32,000 nt of DNA from positions 1-32,000 of the forward strand of contig NZ_JAEDAM010000001.1 in NCBI RefSeq assembly GCF_018420025.1, given 5' to 3'. Below the pieces are notes generated by a model. It was given only the letters and a program-made list of their open reading frames with translations, was not told the origin of the DNA and made no database searches. The translations under genes and the position numbers were made by a program. This document shows positions 29,781-32,000 of this stretch, piece by piece (positions within the stretch are counted from its first letter, which is position 1; the number at the start of each line of letters is the position of its first letter). This DNA comes from Candidatus Vampirococcus lugosii (GTDB lineage: Bacteria; Patescibacteriota; Gracilibacteria; Absconditabacterales; Absconditicoccaceae).

Positions 29781-32000
29781 TTATTTTAATTTAAATACTA
29801 TTATTTGAGAAGATTTTCAAATACTATCTTTAATTAATTTAATAACAACAGATTTATATTGTTCTTGATCAGTTAAATAAATATTATATATATTAACTAC
29901 TTGAAAAAGTATTTCTTTTTCGTCATCACTAAGATTAGTTATTTCATCTTCAAAAGATTTTCAAGGATTTTCTAACATATTTTTTAATATTTCTTTAATT
30001 CTATGAGTTTCTATATTTTTTCAGTATATAGAAACAACATCATCTATAAATTCAAAACTTTCTAACCTATTTGTAAATGCATTCAAAACTATATTATATA
30101 ATTGTTCAGAATTCCAATATCTCAAAGTAGCCAAACGAGCACGAAGTAATACAAGTTCATCATCTGTTAATTCTTGACCTATATATTTTTCCAATTCTTC
30201 TTGTGATAAAATAAATCAATATTTAGCACCTATATTATTGCTTGAAACAAATTCAATATATCAATCTTCAATTAATTTAGCAAGCATACTAATAGCTCAA
30301 TGTTCTTCTATTTTTCAATTTGAATCAAGTTTTGCAAAAAATCTATCAAATAAACTCATATTTCACTGCCCCATAACAACTGTTCAAATATTTGGATCAA
30401 TAGCTAAGTAATCCATTTTTTGATCTTTTAATCTAAGATATGAATTACAAGTATCATTATCTGAAAACATTTCCCAAAGCCAAGTAAGAAATTGATCATA
30501 TTTTATATATTTTTGATTATCAACAAAATATCTAGCATAAGTTCATGCAATATATACTCATTCTGATTTATCTCTATTATTTACTAAATTCAAAAATTTA
30601 TAATAATGTCAAAACTGTCTATCAAAAACATCATCAGATGTATAAGGCATAATTTTATTATTTTCAACTTTTCAAGATTCATTATATGTTTGTTCTTGTC
30701 AAATTCATTGTTTGTACCACATAAATGGTCAAGATCATCATTGTTCTTGAATTCTAATAAAATTTAACAAAAGCATAAAAAATCAATAAACCAAAAAGAA
30801 ATATATATAAATATTTAATAATTTATTTTTATCATTATACTCAATTTGTCATATTCTATAAAGAAAAGAAATAAATCATAATATAGTCCATAAAATAAGT
30901 CATAATCAATACCAAAGTATTCATCATCATATAAAAAACCATATAGTCCAAAGCAATAAAGTAACAAATAAAATAGATAACAAATATCTATCAAATTTAG
31001 CTATAGCATAAAGAATAGCAAAAATTAATGTAAAAAGAATAATAAGCCAAATATATCATATATCGGTATAATAACTACTTTCATTACTCAAAGACCAATT
31101 AAAAGTAATATTAAAAGGAACTAAATATTTATATGGAATATGAATATTATCTACACTTATATTTAATTCTTTTAATTCTTGAATTTCTGAAGAAAAATTT
31201 TTAATTATTTCCTCATTTGAAATATTTTCATAAAATCTATTATCATCATTAACTATACTATATAAAACATCATAAACTCTAGATCAAGAATTTACATTAT
31301 TATATAAATTTAATATTTTTTCATAAGTTAATTCATTAATATCATTAATAACAGGATAAGTATAATCTTCTCTCAATATAGAATTATCTTTATAAAAATC
31401 TTCTAATTCTTGAATTTCTCAAGAAAATGTATTAATAATGTCTTTATTTGAAATATTTTCAGAAAAATCATCAGAATTATATATATTAGATACTACATCA
31501 TAAACTTTAGAATTACTAGAAATATTATTATATAAATAAGATATTTTATCATAAGTAATATGATTTTTATCATATAAATTTGCACAAACTAAATTTGAAC
31601 TAGAATTAAATCACATACACTTATTTCAAGAAGGGAAAAATATTCACCACCAAGGATATTTAAATTTTCTCTGACCATATCAAATATATCTACCAACATC
31701 TTCTGCATAAGTATCACCTGGTGCTTTTGATATATTTTCATACAAAGAATCTTTATTATCTAAATTTGATAAACTACAAGAATTTATTCAATTATAAAGA
31801 TCTTCAGGATTATTAGTTGATGCAAACAATACTGGCTCAGTATTTCAAGATTTATTATTTTCTAAATCCTTTTCTAAATCAGTTGATGATTGTGATAAAA
31901 AAACTCTTTCAATAAATTTTACTGCTTCAAAATCATTTCATTTACTATAATCTACATAAAAAACATATGTTCATTTAAGAATTAACAATGTAAAAATAAA
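29781..32000 (-). CDS. Large multi-pass membrane protein, function unknown (partial; 5' end beyond window)
   Basis: Open with TGA=Gly from 32000 down to TAA 29783-29781 (739 codons seen). A soluble N/S-rich region with two repeated modules comes first. It is followed by a cluster of TM helices (IWLIILFTLIFAILYAI, LLSILFVTLLLWTIWFFIGGGILWYGLGLILWTILGFISFLY, IYIYFFLVYGFFMLLLNF) and a soluble C-terminal domain of about 330 aa. Confidence 0.6.
31170..31562 (-). repeat. Internal tandem duplication (period 231 nt / 77 codons) inside the large membrane protein gene
   Basis: ttcttgaatttct occurs at 31176 and 31407, and atttgaaatattttca recurs in both copies. Protein modules: ITYDKISYLYNNISSNSKVYDVVSNIYNSDDFSENISNKDIINTFSGEIQELEDF versus LTYEKILNLYNNVNSGSRVYDVLYSIVNDDNRFYENISNEEIIKNFSSEIQELKEL. 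Confidence 0.7.

Noticed and set aside
1-32000. UGA = Trp (table 4, Mycoplasma/Spiroplasma-type) or UGA = selenocysteine as the explanation for in-frame TGAs
   Set aside because: TGA falls on invariant Gly of P-loops (GPTGSGKT, GPSGVGKT, GxxGxGKGT), the lipobox, GQDPYH and PGGVGP. Trp there is incompatible with function. Conserved Trp positions use TGG. TGA is far too frequent (dozens per gene) for Sec. The local UCA tRNA has Gly, not Trp or Sec, identity features.
1-32000. Mobile elements, prophage genes, CRISPR-Cas and rRNA operons
   Set aside because: After translating every long table-25 ORF, none showed transposase, integrase, Cas, capsid or terminase motifs. No spaced repeat array or rRNA-like GC-rich stretch was seen other than the tRNAs.

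Overview
This extremely AT-rich bacterial window cannot be read with the standard code. The supplied ORF track is fragmented because TGA is a sense codon here. Reading TGA as glycine (translation table 25, known from Absconditabacteria/SR1 and Gracilibacteria in the CPR/Patescibacteria) resolves it into 36 tightly packed CDSs, all ending in TAA or TAG, plus 6 tRNA genes. TGA falls on invariant Gly positions: the Walker A loops of PilB, a Clp-like ATPase and Adk, a lipobox, and the C-terminal Gly of L36. A tRNA with a UCA anticodon and glycine identity elements lies at 27332-27405. Region 1-7834 is the accessory-looking part. It holds an AAA-ATPase-like gene and a 487-aa ORFan with a buried RelA/SpoT-like core. 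That ORFan sits 1 nt upstream of an orphan PilB/GspE ATPase. Downstream come a 558-aa pilin-like membrane-anchored protein and a single-ring Clp-D2-like AAA+ protein. Region 7876-17993 holds ung, Nudix, isopentenyl phosphate kinase, two small membrane proteins, folD, a stand-alone UvrB C-terminal half, a HAD 5'-nucleotidase, lysS, a Na+/H+ antiporter and a 5'-3' exonuclease. Region 18057-27405 holds a VWA lipoprotein, a rearranged ribosomal block (infC-rpmI-rplT, tRNA-Leu, S21-like, rplU, infA-rpmJ-rpsM-rpsK-rpsD-rpoA-rplQ-rplM-rpsI-adk) and a tRNA cluster. Region 27530-32000 holds hemW, an LD-carboxypeptidase and a large partial membrane protein with an internal duplication. I saw no CRISPR array, transposase, integrase or rRNA. 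All product calls rest on hand translation and motif recognition, not database searches.
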